Below are positions 18,880 through 27,977 of a stretch of 64,000 bases of DNA, piece after piece. Position numbers and translations under genes: made by a program. The notes beneath the pieces are model-generated. The model was not told the origin of the DNA, did no database searches, and saw only the letters and a program-made list of their open reading frames with translations. Within the stretch, counting starts at the first letter, position 1. The number at the start of each line of letters is the position of its first letter. The stretch lies in NCBI GenBank assembly GCA_965223795.1, contig CBDCXL010000002.1:2436030-2500029 (forward strand). Direction: 5' to 3'. This stretch comes from Nitrospinales bacterium. GTDB lineage: Bacteria; Nitrospinota; Nitrospinia; Nitrospinales; VA-1.

Positions 18880-20157
18880 ATGAACATGAACGTATCCGAG
18901 CGCAATTTTCAGGAAGCGGAAACCGAAATCCGCCGCAGGACAGAGGAATACAAGGTTCTGCACGAAGTGGCGAAGATCCTGCATCACGCGGACGGCCTTG
19001 AATCGATGCTCAAAAACGCCATGATCGCTTTGACCCGGTTCAAGGAGCTGGAAGTGGAGTACAAGGCGGGCATCTTCCTGGCGGATGCGGAAAAAAGAGT
19101 GCTCAAGCTGTTCTGCACCGTGGGGGATTTCACCGAGGAGTTTCTTGAGAAGGAACGGGAGATCCCCTACGGGGCGTGCCTTTGCGGGCGCGCCGCGGTG
19201 AGCGGCGAAATGCTGATCAGCAACAGCTGTTTCAAGGATCAGCGGCACGAGCACAAATTCGACGGCATGACGGAGCACGGGCATTACATCGTGCCGCTCA
19301 AAAGTCAGGACAAACTGGTGGGCGTCCTGTTTCTGTACACCGATGAAAACCCGCCCTGGTACGTGCGCAGCGAGGAGATCCTGCTGTCGATCGGCGGTTT
19401 GATCGGCGACGCCATCGTTTCCAAGCAAAGGCAGCAGGAGATCCGCGAGAAAAACGAGGAGCTCAAGGAACTCAATGAAACGAAGAACCGGTTTCTCGGC
19501 ATCGCCTCGCACGATCTCAGAAACCCGCTGTACCTGATCCGCTCGTTCAGCGAAGTCATGCTGGAGGGCACGGTCGGGGAGGTCAACGACAGTCAGAAGG
19601 AGCTGCTGCAAAAGATCTTCAATGCCAGCGGTTTCATGCGCGGGCTGCTGAACAACCTGCTCGACATCTCCAAGATCGAAAGCGGCAAGATCGAACTGGA
19701 CCGCAAGGTGCAGGATCTCAACGCCACGGCCACGCAGCAGATCGAACTCAACCGGCTGCTGGCGGACAAGAAACAGATCGAGATCGAGGCCCGGCTCGGC
19801 GAGGTGCCGCCCGTGGCTTACGATCAGGACGCGATCACGCAGGTCATGGGCAATTTCATCGGCAACGCGGTCAAATTCTCGCCGCCCGGATCGAAAATCC
19901 AGGTGGTCACGGAGCATTGCCGGGACCGGATCCGGTTTTCGGTGATCGACGAGGGGCCGGGGCTGACGGAGGAGGACCAGAAACTTTTGTTTCAGGAGTT
20001 TCAGACTCTGAGCACGAAACCCACCGGCGGCGAAAAATCGACCGGTCTGGGGCTGGCCATCGCCAAGAAGCTCATCCATCTGCACGGCGGCGAAGTGGGG
20101 GCGGTCAGCGAGCCGGGGAAGGGGAGCACGTTCTATTTCACGCTGCCCTTATCGTGA
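18880..20157 (+). CDS. cytoplasmic GAF-domain sensor histidine kinase
   Basis: 425 aa with no TM segment. It has an N-terminal GAF-like region, the H-box FLGIASHDLRNPL, an N-box NFIGNAVKFSP, and G-boxes DEGPGL and GLGLAIAKKLIHLHGGEVGAVSEPGKGSTFYFTLP. Confidence 0.92.
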   Translation: MNMNVSERNFQEAETEIRRRTEEYKVLHEVAKILHHADGLESMLKNAMIALTRFKELEVEYKAGIFLADAEKRVLKLFCTVGDFTEEFLEKEREIPYGACLCGRAAVSGEMLISNSCFKDQRHEHKFDGMTEHGHYIVPLKSQDKLVGVLFLYTDENPPWYVRSEEILLSIGGLIGDAIVSKQRQQEIREKNEELKELNETKNRFLGIASHDLRNPLYLIRSFSEVMLEGTVGEVNDSQKELLQKIFNASGFMRGLLNNLLDISKIESGKIELDRKVQDLNATATQQIELNRLLADKKQIEIEARLGEVPPVAYDQDAITQVMGNFIGNAVKFSPPGSKIQVVTEHCRDRIRFSVIDEGPGLTEEDQKLLFQEFQTLSTKPTGGEKSTGLGLAIAKKLIHLHGGEVGAVSEPGKGSTFYFTLPLS

Positions 20158-20337
20158 AGCAGGATCGAGGGAGGAAAAACCCTTTCCCCTTTTTTCTTGC
20201 GAAAGCAAAGCGATACTGCGATCAGGAAGGCGAACTGAGCAAGGGCTGCGCGGGCGGTTTCCGCGATGCCTGCAGAACCCTAAAAAGACGCTGATTTTCC
20301 AGCGGCCTCACCCCCGAGGGGCGCGCGGAAAACAGCC

Positions 20338-20372
20338 GGGGCCCGTGGAGTGGCATCCACGGGCCCTTTTTT
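20338..20372 (+). terminator. rho-independent terminator
   Basis: GGGGCCCGTGGA (20338-20349), loop GTGGCA, TCCACGGGCCC (20356-20366), then TTTTTT (20367-20372). Confidence 0.65.
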
Positions 20373-20660
20373 ATGCTGACGCGGTGTGGCCGGTGGAGAA
20401 ATCCCGTTATCGGCTGCCAGATGCCGCGCCGCTGGCGGCAAGGTTGAAAGGCACAATGCGGGTCTGTACATCAGCGCACATCCTCGAGACGAACCGCGAT
20501 CGCCTTTGCGTTGTTTTTTTGTTCGGACAAGTGATAGAGAAATAAAGAAATAAAAGGGGGGAGCGCAAAAGCGGCTTGAAAATCGCGGCTCAATATTTCA
20601 CACTAGTCGCTCCGTTTTGACATTGAAACTTTTCATCCGCTTCACGCGCAGGACACTGGT

Positions 20661-21278
20661 ATGGATTCAGCATTGTTTTTTCTTGGAGTCGGCGGGCTGC
20701 TGGCCGTCATTTTATTTCTGGCGTTTGCCCGCTCTGAATGGAGGAACGAGACCAAGCGGGTCAACTTCCGCTATTCGCTGCTGCCTCCCGAGGAAAAACT
20801 GATCTATCTGGCCGAGCACGGCATGGACATGGGGGAGATGAACCGCCTCGTCAAGGTGGCGAGAGGCGATTACCAGAGCGCCACGGACGGAATTTCCCCG
20901 ATCATGGCGACGGTGCGCAAGCTTCCCGGACGCAAGCACGTCAACCCGCTCAGGCGCTTGAAAATCCTGTGCAAGCTGGCGCAGAGGATGCCGGAGGAGG
21001 AGCTGCGTGAAGCGCTGAACCTGCAGGATCATGAAGGCTACACGGCGCTGATGCATGCGGTGCAGAGCTCGGATGAGGAAGGCGTGCGCCTTCTGCTGTA
21101 TTTGGGGGCGGACAAGTCCCTGAAAAACAACAAAGGCGAAACCGCTTCCTCGATCGCGCAATTCCATCCCAAAATCTCGGAACTGGTGACGCAGGCCGCC
21201 GGCGAGGACCGCTCCGAAATCCTCGACCCCAAACTCGCCAAGATGCTGAAATCCTTCAAGGGCAGTCTCACCAACTGA
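20661..21278 (+). CDS. membrane-anchored ankyrin-repeat protein
   Basis: 205 aa with an N-terminal helix (LFFLGVGGLLAVILFLAF). The ankyrin unit reads DHEGYTALMHAVQSSDEEGVRLLLYLGADKSLKNNKGETA. Confidence 0.8.
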   Translation: MDSALFFLGVGGLLAVILFLAFARSEWRNETKRVNFRYSLLPPEEKLIYLAEHGMDMGEMNRLVKVARGDYQSATDGISPIMATVRKLPGRKHVNPLRRLKILCKLAQRMPEEELREALNLQDHEGYTALMHAVQSSDEEGVRLLLYLGADKSLKNNKGETASSIAQFHPKISELVTQAAGEDRSEILDPKLAKMLKSFKGSLTN

Positions 21279-21519
21279 CACGGCCGCCCCCTTCGTTTTC
21301 AATCCCTTTCCCTATGCCAGGGTTCCCGGATCCAGCGATCTGCTGATTTTTCTGCACTTTTTCAGCGAGCCCGCAGGTGACCGGTGTCACAGGCAAATGT
21401 GATACCGGTCTATTTGTTTTCAAAGGCAACGCATGTATCTTTTAAATGCCGATCTCAGATCACAATCCAAAAATACTTTTACTGTTAAAAAAATCGTATC
21501 CCCTTTTGGAATAAGGTTT

Positions 21520-22623
21520 ATGAAGACTTTTGTTGTTTCGTTTTGCTCGGGACTGGCGCTGGCCGCGATGTTTCTGGTCACGGTTCCGGGTTCTTCCCTG
21601 GCGGTGGATGCGTCCCTGCAGGGAATCACGGCGCGCAAAGCCACGGATTACCTGCATGCGGTGATCCAGGGGAGCCGGTCGTTCTACACCAAGCAGATCG
21701 TGGAGCGGCTGAACAAGGCCTTGTCTCTCAAGGCTTCGGAAAGCTGGAAAGAGGACAACACGCTGCCGCTGCCGGCCCAGTTTCTGCTGCTTTCCGCAAA
21801 GAACATCAACGACAAGGGGATGGGTCTGAAGATCCGCCTCATCGGGCTGAACCCGATCAACAAGAACAACGCGCCGGTCAGCGACCTGGAAAAACTGGGG
21901 CTGCACGGCCTGGTGTCCAACCCGGAAGAGCCGTTCACCTGGGTGGTGCAGACGGGCGGCCGCTGGAATTTTCAGTCCATCTATCCGGACATCGCGGTCA
22001 CGGAAGCCTGCGTGAACTGTCACAACAACCATCCGGATTCGCCGAAAAAGGATTTCAAGGTGGGCGACGTGCTGGGCGGGCTGGTCATCAACATCCCGCT
22101 CAGGCAGGAGGGGATCTCCGGCAAGGAGGACAATTTCCTGGTGCCTCCGGAAGTGATCTCCGACTACATCCACGCCATTCTCGATTCGGACCGGATGGTC
22201 TACGCCACGCTCATCGTCAACCGGCTGAAGCAGAAGAACATCGTCCAGGCCAAGGAAAACTGGCGCGAATCCAATTCGCTGCCGCTGCCGGCCCAGTTTC
22301 TGCTCAATTCGAGCGGGGTCGCGAGGAAGAAAAAACTGGGACTGGATTTCCGCCTGATCAGCCTGTGGCCCATCAATATCCGCAACGGAGCGGCGAACGA
22401 ATTTGAGCGCAACGCGCTGGAGGAGGTGTCCCTGCATCCGCTGCGGCCGTTCATCAGCAAGATCAAGCTGGGAAGGCGGCATTATTTCCAGGCGGTGTAT
22501 CCGGATTTCGCGGTGACGCAGGCCTGCGTCAACTGCCACAACGAGCACCCGAAGAGCCCGCGGCGGGATTTCACCCTCAACGATCTGATGGGAGCCATTG
22601 TGGTTTCGTTCCCCTATCAGTGA
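21520..22623 (+). CDS. periplasmic protein with two tandem DUF3365 (Tll0287-like) haem-c domains
   Basis: ATG at 21520, signal peptide MKTFVVSFCSGLALAAMFLVTVPGSSLA. The module LPLPAQFLL...IRLIGLNPINKNN...CVNCHNNHP...GDVLGGLVINIP occurs twice. Each copy has one CxxCH (CVNCH). Confidence 0.8.
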   Translation: MKTFVVSFCSGLALAAMFLVTVPGSSLAVDASLQGITARKATDYLHAVIQGSRSFYTKQIVERLNKALSLKASESWKEDNTLPLPAQFLLLSAKNINDKGMGLKIRLIGLNPINKNNAPVSDLEKLGLHGLVSNPEEPFTWVVQTGGRWNFQSIYPDIAVTEACVNCHNNHPDSPKKDFKVGDVLGGLVINIPLRQEGISGKEDNFLVPPEVISDYIHAILDSDRMVYATLIVNRLKQKNIVQAKENWRESNSLPLPAQFLLNSSGVARKKKLGLDFRLISLWPINIRNGAANEFERNALEEVSLHPLRPFISKIKLGRRHYFQAVYPDFAVTQACVNCHNEHPKSPRRDFTLNDLMGAIVVSFPYQ

Positions 22624-22714
22624 GCGCCATCCCGTTGCTGCAAGCCAATCCGATTTTTGAAACTGAAACGCCGCGGCCGCAAGGCCGCAACGGTCCAACA
22701 CGAGAGGAATGCCG

Positions 22715-23002
22715 ATGAGTCCGGATGAACGTGAACGAGTGAGATGCGAAATCGAAGGTGTGAAGAAACGGCTGGAGGCGACCACGCAGGAATTCATCCG
22801 CTTTGCGGTCGAGACCTATATCCGCCAGCATCACGGGGATCTGGACGCGGCGCTGAATCAGTTTCTCTGGGATGTGAAAAAACACCATTCCATGCAGGGG
22901 CCGCTTTTCAATTACATGGAGGGCCCGCACCCCAACCCGATCGAGCGGGACATCATCTCCGTGTTCCTGCTGATGAAGGACAGCACCGGACGGCCGCTCT
23001 AG
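22715..23002 (+). CDS. hypothetical small protein
   Basis: Within ORF 22709..23002. I prefer the second ATG (22715) because of its spacing from GAGAGGA. No family was recognised. Confidence 0.5.
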   Translation: MSPDERERVRCEIEGVKKRLEATTQEFIRFAVETYIRQHHGDLDAALNQFLWDVKKHHSMQGPLFNYMEGPHPNPIERDIISVFLLMKDSTGRPL

Positions 23003-23110
23003 GTTCTATTTTCGCGCGGAGGAGATATTTTCTTTGGCAATCGGCATTCGCTCATCGGGTGCGATCGTTTTTCCGCAAATTTCCTCAATCAAGAGAACAT
23101 CCTCACGCCG

Positions 23111-23140
23111 TTCCTCGCCGGAGGGGCGGTTCGCTCACAT
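23111..23140. repeat. divergent copy of the dispersed 'GGAGGG-N-TTTGCTCACGCC' intergenic repeat
   Basis: ttcctcgccggaggggcggttcgctcacat aligns with the copies at 36892, 38621, 38697 and 38729. Confidence 0.5.
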
Positions 23141-23385
23141 CGTGCAAAATTCTTTGCGGCGCTTCGAGCGTTGCCTTCGCGTGTGTCATTGTTGAAGTGG
23201 CGTCCTGCTTTTGCCATTCCCTGTTTTTGTCGAATGTATCCCCGCATTTGCCCCTGAGCCTGCACGCGCCGTTTCCTTCCGCTGGGACTCTCTGAAAAAA
23301 TAGCCTATAATCATCTGCTTTCAACCGCCGCGTCCGCTTTCGCGAATTGAAAAATGCGGGCGCGCTTCACTCTCATTGCAATCGT

Positions 23386-25110
23386 ATGATGGAAGAAATT
23401 CATGCTCTGGCGCCGGTCATCGTGCTGTTGTTGTCCGGCATCGCCGCCCTCACGCTGATGCGGCCGCTGCGCATGAGCCCCATCGTGGGGTATCTGCTGG
23501 CGGGAATTCTCATCGGACCGCACGGCCTGGGTTTGATTGAGGAAAGCGGTACGACCCACCTGCTGGCGGAGCTGGGGGTGGTGTTTCTGCTGTTCGACAT
23601 CGGCCTGCATTTCTCCATGCAGCACATCTGGGACGCCCGCCGGGAGATTCTGGGGCTGGGTCCGATTCAGGTGCTGTTCTGCACGGTGGCGCTGGCGGGG
23701 CTGGCTCTGCTGTTCGGCTTCGAGCCAGGGGTGGCCCTGCTCATCGGCACGAGTCTCGCGCTGTCCTCGACGGCGGTGGTGTTCCAGGTGCTGGCGGGCT
23801 ACAACCAGAGCCAGTGCCCGGTGGGTTCGGGCGCCATATCGGTGCTCATCTTTCAGGACATCTGCGCCATCTTCCTTCTGATCTTCGCCGGTTCCTACGG
23901 CGAGGGCAGCGCCTCTCTCGGCGCCACGCTGGGAACCGCGGCGCTGAAGGCGCTGGGGGCGTTTCTGCTGGCCATCCTGATCGCGCATTTTTTCGCGACG
24001 CCGGTGTTCAGGATGCTGGCGAAAAACAAGGACGAGGAGATCTTCACCGCGGCGGCGCTGCTGATGGTGCTGGCGACGGCGGCCGCGACCGGGGGGATCG
24101 GGCTGTCCCTCACGCTGGGGGCGTTTCTGGGCGGCATGATCATCGCCGAGACGCCGTACCGGCACATCATCAAGACGGAGGTGAAACCGTTCCGCGGCCT
24201 GCTTCTGGGATTTTTTTTCATCACCGTGGGCATGGGGCTCAACACGCACACGCTGCTCGCGTCCTGGTGGCAGGTGCTGCTGATCGTCGCGCTGATGCTG
24301 TCGGTGAAAATCCTGTTCGTGTTTTTCGCCGCGCTGGCGCTGCGCTCCCCGACGCGCACGTCGCTGCAGCTGGGCTTTCTGCTCTCCCAGGGCAGCGAGT
24401 TCGCGTTTGTTGTTTTTTCGGTGCCGGGGGTCGCGCAGGCCCTGGGGGCGGACCTGGCTTCGGTGCTGATCAGTGCGGTGGCGCTCAGCATGGCGCTGAC
24501 GCCGCCGCTGGCCGAGTTCGGCCACCGTTTCGCCGACCGCATCGCGCTCAAAAAAGCCGAGGCGCGTGTTGCCGAAGCGCGGCAGGAGACCGGCGAGGAC
24601 CGCAATGTCATCGTTCTGGGGATGGGGCCCATCGGCCGCACCGTCGCCGATGCGCTGGAAGCGCACGAAATCTCCTACCTGGCGGTGGAGATGCGCCACG
24701 ACCGCTTCATCCAGGCCAACACCGACGGCTATCCGGTGGTGTTCGGCGACCTCGCCGACTTGAGGCTGATGGAAACCGTCGAAATGGCGCACGCCGACAC
24801 GCTGGTGATCACCGAGCCGAGGCTGGAGGTCGCGAAAGAAGTGGCCCCGATCGCCAAGCAGCGCTACCCCAACCTCAGGCGGCTGGTTTCGGTGAAGGAT
24901 GAGGAACGGGCGCGGCCCTTCCGCGAGCTGTCGCTGGACCCGGTGATCGACCGCAGTTTCCCGCCGGGGCTCGATCTTTCGGTGGCCGTCCTGATGGCGC
25001 AGAACGTCTCCGATGAGAAGATCCAGAAATGGATGCAGCGCCAGCAGGCGCGCGCCCTGGATGAGAAAGCCGAGCTGGAGCCGTTCGCCTTTTCCTTCCA
25101 GAAAGCCTGA
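23386..25110 (+). CDS. CPA2 monovalent cation:proton antiporter with C-terminal RCK/TrkA-N domain (KefB/KefC-type)
   Basis: ATG at 23386. The membrane domain reads SPIVGYLLAGILIGPHGLGLI...LAELGVVFLLFDIGLHF. The Rossmann motif VIVLGMGPIGRTVADAL lies in the C-terminal domain. Confidence 0.92.
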   Translation: MMEEIHALAPVIVLLLSGIAALTLMRPLRMSPIVGYLLAGILIGPHGLGLIEESGTTHLLAELGVVFLLFDIGLHFSMQHIWDARREILGLGPIQVLFCTVALAGLALLFGFEPGVALLIGTSLALSSTAVVFQVLAGYNQSQCPVGSGAISVLIFQDICAIFLLIFAGSYGEGSASLGATLGTAALKALGAFLLAILIAHFFATPVFRMLAKNKDEEIFTAAALLMVLATAAATGGIGLSLTLGAFLGGMIIAETPYRHIIKTEVKPFRGLLLGFFFITVGMGLNTHTLLASWWQVLLIVALMLSVKILFVFFAALALRSPTRTSLQLGFLLSQGSEFAFVVFSVPGVAQALGADLASVLISAVALSMALTPPLAEFGHRFADRIALKKAEARVAEARQETGEDRNVIVLGMGPIGRTVADALEAHEISYLAVEMRHDRFIQANTDGYPVVFGDLADLRLMETVEMAHADTLVITEPRLEVAKEVAPIAKQRYPNLRRLVSVKDEERARPFRELSLDPVIDRSFPPGLDLSVAVLMAQNVSDEKIQKWMQRQQARALDEKAELEPFAFSFQKA

Positions 25111-25309
25111 TCGCCCCCTGTGGCGGCGTCATCCCAATTTTGTCAGACAGCACTGTCAAAAAAAAGCAAGTGTGCACAAATTGGTACAGGTGACGGGGTG
25201 GCCGGAATGCGGTAAACCTTTGGTAACTTGTTGATTTGTATGTGGTATTCCATTTGGCATGATGTTGGCACCTTTGAGGGTGACTGCCAACTTCAGAAGG
25301 ATGGAAACC

Positions 25310-25534
25310 ATGAAATGCGAATACTGGTTTATGAATCTGGCCCAGGAGGACAGCGAAATCGACGCCAATTTCACCATCAAGACGCTGATGGAAGCAGGCT
25401 GGGAATTTGTGGCCAACGGCGGTGAAGACAGCGGCGAAGTGCTGATATTCAAGAAAAAAGTGGACCGTCCCAACGCTCTGGAAGAGGATCTCAATGTGGG
25501 ATCGATCAACGAGATGGGCCAGCCCCTGGTCTGA
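25310..25534 (+). CDS. DUF4177-like small protein
   Basis: The ATG at 25310 lies 8 nt after GAAGGA. MKCEYWFMNL...LMEAGWEFVANGG...VLIFKKKV resembles the DUF4177 pattern. The start is uncertain. Confidence 0.5.
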   Translation: MKCEYWFMNLAQEDSEIDANFTIKTLMEAGWEFVANGGEDSGEVLIFKKKVDRPNALEEDLNVGSINEMGQPLV

Positions 25535-25713
25535 TACCCGATTTTTCCGGATTGCGTGCTTTTTTTACGCGATCCGTTGTTCCTGCTGACTGTCCGCTGT
25601 TTCGGCTTTGCGTGTGTGTGCAAAGCTTTCCCTTATGCTTCTCTTTTGAACTCCCGTTTGGATCGACGCCGGTTTTTGCGCCCGCCTGTTTCAATGAAAA
25701 CAGGCACGGGCAT

Positions 25714-27417
25714 TCACCCCGTATCGCGGGCTGAAGCGTCCGGTTTGCGCCGCTCCGTGACCGGCTGCTCTTCGTATTTGAAACCCTCCTCGATGATTCT
25801 TTGAATTCCCTGTTCCAGCCAGCGGGTCAGGTTCTCATGCGGGGCCAGACCATCACGGTTCATCTCATACGTCAGTCCCTCGAAAAATTCGTCGTAGCGG
25901 CCGCTGCCGTAGAGGCGGTTGGAGATGATGAGCGTGCGCCCGGTTTCGCTGCCTTCCTGAATGAGCGCGCGGATGTTCTTGAGCGCCTGCTCGCGTTTGT
26001 CCGGCCAGTCTTCCCGGACTGTCAGCCCCCGGATGTCCTTGAACGGGACTTCGGTGTTTTTTTGAATGTAGTCCGCGTGTATCTGCATGATGGTTTTCCA
26101 CTCGGCGTCCTTTTTGTCATCGCGCGATCCGTGCGCGATGAGCAGAACGCGTTCCCACGCAGGGTCGCGGCTTACGGCCATCACACGTTCCCGCAGGATC
26201 TCGCAGATCAGCGCATCCTCTTCATAGCCGCCGAATGTGGCGAACACCGCTCCGGAGCGCACCTGGGGCGGAGGCTCGGCTCCCCCTCTCTGGCGCGGGG
26301 GGTGGGGCGTCGATCCCAGTATGTAATCGACCTGTCCCCTGAACTGATCCTTGAGGGAATACATACGCACCACGACGACCTTGCGGATGCCTTCCCGCTC
26401 CAGCGTCTGGACCGCGTCCTGCAGCGTCCAGGCATCGGCCATGCCGTAAGCCATCTCTACGCGGTAATGCCGCTTGAGAGGCGCGATGACTTTTTCCACA
26501 GCGTCGTTGTAGGGTTTTTGCGCTCCATGCGGCATGATGACCACGCCCACCTGCTGCGGGGTTGTTGCGACATAAAGGTTGGCGGTTTTTCTCATCCAGT
26601 GCATGACGTTTGGATGCTGCAGAATCTCTTCGGAAGCGAAGGTCAGATCGTGGTCTTTGAATTTGTTCGCAAGCCAGTGGGTCAGAGACATGCGGTGAGA
26701 AAATTTGGGGCCGAGCGCAAAGGGGATCAGGATCGTATTTCCTTTTTTGGCGGCTGACTCGATGATCCGCCGGTCGGTCTCCTCGTTTTTCTGCTTGCGC
26801 AGTTTTTCCTCGGCGCCGTAGTTGTAATACAGCATCACTTCAGCTTTGCGGAACGGCAGCCGGTCTGTGGCGTATTGCAAAATGGGTTGCAGCTCCTTGC
26901 CGATGGCTTTTTCGGAGGCTGCGTCCATCGGACCCATTGCGAGTAAAATCAGCCGTTCTTTTTCAGGTTCGCGGCTCCATTGCCGGACCCGGTCGAGAAA
27001 AATCTGCGCGGTCAGATAACTGGCGGCCATCGGCTTTGCCCATTGCACTACGGGCTTGAATGCTTTTTTCGCCGCGACCAGCCCCCGCGCCACATCCAGA
27101 GCAGGATTGGAGGCGGTCAAATAAAGCGGAACGGCGACCACCCGCTCGACGTTCATGCCTGCCAGCCGGTTCATGGCTGCTTCGAAATAGGGCGCGTAAT
27201 CGCGGTCGGGCCCCCCGTAGCCCCGGCCCACGTAAGCAAGAGCGGCCGGGTAGTGGCGGGCGAATTCCGCGAACAAGGCGTCCACTTCACGGTTGCCCAG
27301 AAAGCCCCGGTCCGGCGCAACGACCAGGAATCCGGTTTTTGCAGGGGGGGCGGCAAATGAGGCACCGGTCCAGGAGAGCAGGACAGCCAGCATGGTGAGA
27401 AGAAAGGTCTTTTTCAT
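25714..27417 (-). CDS. periplasmic protein built from four CbiX/class-II-chelatase-like half-domains
   Basis: 567 aa with signal peptide MKKTFLLTMLAVLLSWTGASFA. Four repeats of the beta-strand-plus-loop pattern are present: GFLVVAPDRG, RLILLAMGPMD, VGVVIMPHGAQKP and RVLLIAHGSRDD. The last is the canonical CbiX HGS(R) motif. Each is followed by VVxVPL/VVVVRMY-type strands. Confidence 0.7.
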   Translation of the reverse strand: MKKTFLLTMLAVLLSWTGASFAAPPAKTGFLVVAPDRGFLGNREVDALFAEFARHYPAALAYVGRGYGGPDRDYAPYFEAAMNRLAGMNVERVVAVPLYLTASNPALDVARGLVAAKKAFKPVVQWAKPMAASYLTAQIFLDRVRQWSREPEKERLILLAMGPMDAASEKAIGKELQPILQYATDRLPFRKAEVMLYYNYGAEEKLRKQKNEETDRRIIESAAKKGNTILIPFALGPKFSHRMSLTHWLANKFKDHDLTFASEEILQHPNVMHWMRKTANLYVATTPQQVGVVIMPHGAQKPYNDAVEKVIAPLKRHYRVEMAYGMADAWTLQDAVQTLEREGIRKVVVVRMYSLKDQFRGQVDYILGSTPHPPRQRGGAEPPPQVRSGAVFATFGGYEEDALICEILRERVMAVSRDPAWERVLLIAHGSRDDKKDAEWKTIMQIHADYIQKNTEVPFKDIRGLTVREDWPDKREQALKNIRALIQEGSETGRTLIISNRLYGSGRYDEFFEGLTYEMNRDGLAPHENLTRWLEQGIQRIIEEGFKYEEQPVTERRKPDASARDTG

Positions 27418-27833
27418 TGGAAACCTCTAAAAATCAGGCGTGTTCGAGTTCCCTCCGATATCGGGGCCAGATTCTGTTCCTGCTCCCTTCAGGGAAAGCG
27501 AGCCGAAACCGGGCCCGTCCATGCTCGGACACGGCAGGCCCCGGGTGGAAGAGGGGGAGGTGCGGGGGGCTTTTTTAAATGAACTTGATTGTCATTTTCA
27601 AAAACTAGCACATTCTCTGCTTTTGTCAAACCTTTTTCATTTTCCCGGGCGGACGGCACCCCGCTTCAAAGGTTGCTCCCGGCTTCCAGGTTTGAGACCG
27701 GCGTGCGCGCGCCCGAGTGTTTTTTTGCTGACGCTGTCGCCCGGTTTGCGGGAGCCTGTGCGCATCAGCGCGGGTATATTCTTTATTTTTGACTTGAAGG
27801 CGGCAGGGATCGAACAACCTTAAATGCAAAAAA

Positions 27834-27854
27834 CGGAACCGGTTCCCGTTTTTT
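27834..27854. terminator. weak bidirectional terminator-like palindrome
   Basis: AAAAAACGGAACCGGTTCCCGTTTTTT has an A6 and a T6 flanking a short palindromic stem. It lies between divergently transcribed genes. Confidence 0.3.
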
Positions 27855-27925
27855 GTTCACAAGTGACTTGAAGGGTTATGCGAAGCGCAAGGCGGCAAAG
27901 GCCGTCCTCACTTTCCTGAATTCTC

Positions 27926-27934
27926 TGGTATAAT
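27926..27934 (+). promoter_or_regulatory. extended -10 promoter candidate for glnS
   Basis: TGgTATAAT at 27926-27934, about 44 nt upstream of the glnS ATG. The -35 region is weak. Confidence 0.45.
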
Positions 27935-27977
27935 CCCTCCATTCACAGCCCTTTCAACTCCATTTCTCCACACAGCC

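Noticed and set aside
23311-24792. 493-aa minus-strand ORF (and similar plus-frame ORFs at 23814..24902)
   Set aside because: It overlaps the KefB/C-type antiporter gene, and its Arg/Gln/His-rich composition has no hydrophobic structure.
25255-25270. TGGCAT-GATGT-TGGCA, a sigma-54-like motif upstream of the DUF4177-like gene
   Set aside because: It has two mismatches in the core, including the -12 TTGC. It is too weak to report as a feature without a genome-wide background.
27791-27820. Minus-strand match to a tRNA 3' end (TTCGATC-CCTGC-CGCCTTC-A: T-loop, T-stem 3' half, acceptor 3' half)
   Set aside because: There is no complementary T-stem 5' half, D-arm or anticodon arm upstream, and the 5' part would overlap glnS. 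This could be a chance match or an old att remnant, and I cannot distinguish these.
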